This document shows positions 62,656-64,000 of a stretch of DNA of 64,000 nt, piece by piece. Within the stretch, counting starts at the first letter, position 1. The number at the start of each line of letters is the position of its first letter. This DNA is from Chiloscyllium plagiosum (taxonomy: Eukaryota), in the NCBI RefSeq assembly GCF_004010195.1, contig NC_057719.1:27773458-27837457 (forward strand), read 5' to 3'. The notes beneath the pieces were generated by a model that was not told the DNA's origin, made no database searches, and saw nothing but the letters and a program-made list of their open reading frames with translations. The position numbers and the translations under genes were made by a program.

Positions 62656-62807
62656 TTAGTTGATTTGATCCAATGCTCTGAGAACTTCTTCACCCTGAAG
62701 CAAGGTTCTGTTGCCTTGGATAGGTGCATTCACTTCACAGTCGTAATTGGTGAGTGTTGGCAAGCTACTGCTCTCTGCTGAGTGAGTGAGAAGCCTTGAC
62801 ACTATAT
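62656..62807 (-). CDS. HIF1A: Hypoxia-inducible factor 1-alpha, last coding exon (C-terminal transactivation domain)
   Basis: After acceptor ctttcag (phase 1) the exon translates (D)[55 protein letters not shown] is HIF-1a type (HIF-2a has NVP), and SNAPC1 is adjacent as in human. Confidence 0.97.
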
Positions 62808-63231
62808 CTGAAAGTAAAAGATGACCAGAAATAAATACTCAATCAAAAATAGTTAAGAATTTTGTTTTTCAATTAGTAACTATCTTGTTATTTGCTTTAT
62901 TCAATTTAACATAGCATATTCAGTTTTTGAAGTATGCAAAATGCAGTGATTAGATTCAGCAACTTGATACTCTAACCAAGATTTCTGAATTACGAGAACT
63001 AGCACTTGGATTTAAGACATTATTTTTGTCACTATATTTAAGTAATTTCTTAATGTTCCTTGCAGGACAGTTTCCACATTAAAGAAAGGTGGCTGTGCAA
63101 CCTATTTTCAAATTGCAATGATCAACAGATAATTAGATTAAATGTCCAGTCAACCTTTCAAACAAGAGATTACAGTCATACAGCATGGAATCAGACCCTT
63201 CGGTCCAACGTGTCTGCTATAACCAGATACC

Positions 63232-63515
63232 ATAGATTCCCTACAGTGTGGAAACAGGCCATTTGGCCCAACAAGTCCACACCAACCTTGAGTATCCCAC
63301 CCATACCCATTCCCCTAACCTATGCACCTAATCCACACACCCATGAATACTATGGGCAATTTAGCATAGCCAATTCACTTAACCTGCACATCTTTGGACT
63401 GTGGGAGGAAACCCACACAGACACATACAAACTCCACACAGTCAGCCGAGGCTGGAATCGAACTCTGGTCCCTGGCACTGTGAGGCAGCAGTGCTAACCA
63501 CTGGAGCTATCGTGC
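63232..63515 (-). mobile_element. HE1-type V-SINE nested in a CR1 tail, within the last HIF1A intron
   Basis: SINE body is flanked by CR1 tail pieces at 63172-63230 and 63517-63612. Confidence 0.88.
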
Positions 63516-63699
63516 ATATATCCTTGACTGATCTAGTCTCATCCCCCAGCATTTGGCTCAAATCCCTCTAAAACATCCTCTTCACATAGTTACGTAGATG
63601 ACTTTTAAATGCCCTCTTTTGTTCTGGAGTGTAAAGCTGGTATCATAAATTGAATTTTACATTTTATTTGGGAGGGACAAATGAGTTAAAATCATTTTT

Positions 63700-64000
63700 A
63701 ATTCAGTTAATACAAGCTGATGACAGAGCAGGAGACATTGTTTACTTGATTTTAGTAAAACCTTTATTTATTAGTCTGCTGTGCAGACCCTTATCAAAAA
63801 GTTAGATCATGTGGGATTTAGGGTGAGCTTGCCAATCGGATGCAAAATTAATTTGATGGTAGGAGACAGAAGGTAGTTGTGGAGGTTTGTTTTTATTTTG
63901 GACTGGAGGCCTGTGACCAGTGGTTGGTATTGTATCCACTTTTGTCATGTTATATAAAATGATTTGGAAGAGAATTTTGGAAGCAGGTAGTAAGTTTGCA
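63700..64000 (+). mobile_element. Old CR1 RT fragment
   Basis: Decayed DFSK-, RRQKVVV- and INDL..SKFA-coding sequence. Confidence 0.75.

Noticed and set aside
62547..62729. 60-aa minus ORF from the track as the HIF1A frame
   Set aside because: Wrong frame; the real exon is phase 1 from the acceptor at 62808 and stops at 62656.

Overview
Vertebrate, repeat-rich genomic DNA. HE1/V-SINEs, HER1-type CR1 LINEs and DeuSINE-like copies point to a shark; a bamboo/epaulette-type carpet shark is an inference only. The window spans the interval between two minus-strand genes in the same order as in human. At the right is the last exon of HIF1A (C-TAD with the EVNAP motif, 62656-62807) and its 3' UTR/polyA site (~61370-62655). 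At the left is the first coding exon of SNAPC1 (3726-3853), with a CpG-island promoter and probable non-coding exon near 9.0 kb. The rest is mostly nested CR1 LINEs, SINEs, a Tx1-like LINE tail, a probable solo LTR and many Penelope-like remnants carrying minimal hammerhead ribozyme motifs. There are four N gaps (11628-11863, 27206-27254, 29207-30064, 42399-43306). The most interesting unexplained signals are: (i) a CpG-rich, TATA-containing plus-strand promoter at ~40.2-40.8 kb with four HRE cores and three GTAAGT donors, pointing antisense toward HIF1A (candidate hypoxia-inducible HIF1A-antisense lncRNA); (ii) a second orphan CpG-island promoter at ~30.5-31.1 kb and a clean 66-nt plus-strand exon at 39048-39113; (iii) convergent CTCF motifs bracketing both promoters; (iv) ~100-bp TSD-flanked hammerhead mini-elements. 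Repeat boundaries are read by eye and are approximate. Comparisons with human sequence are from recall, not alignment.
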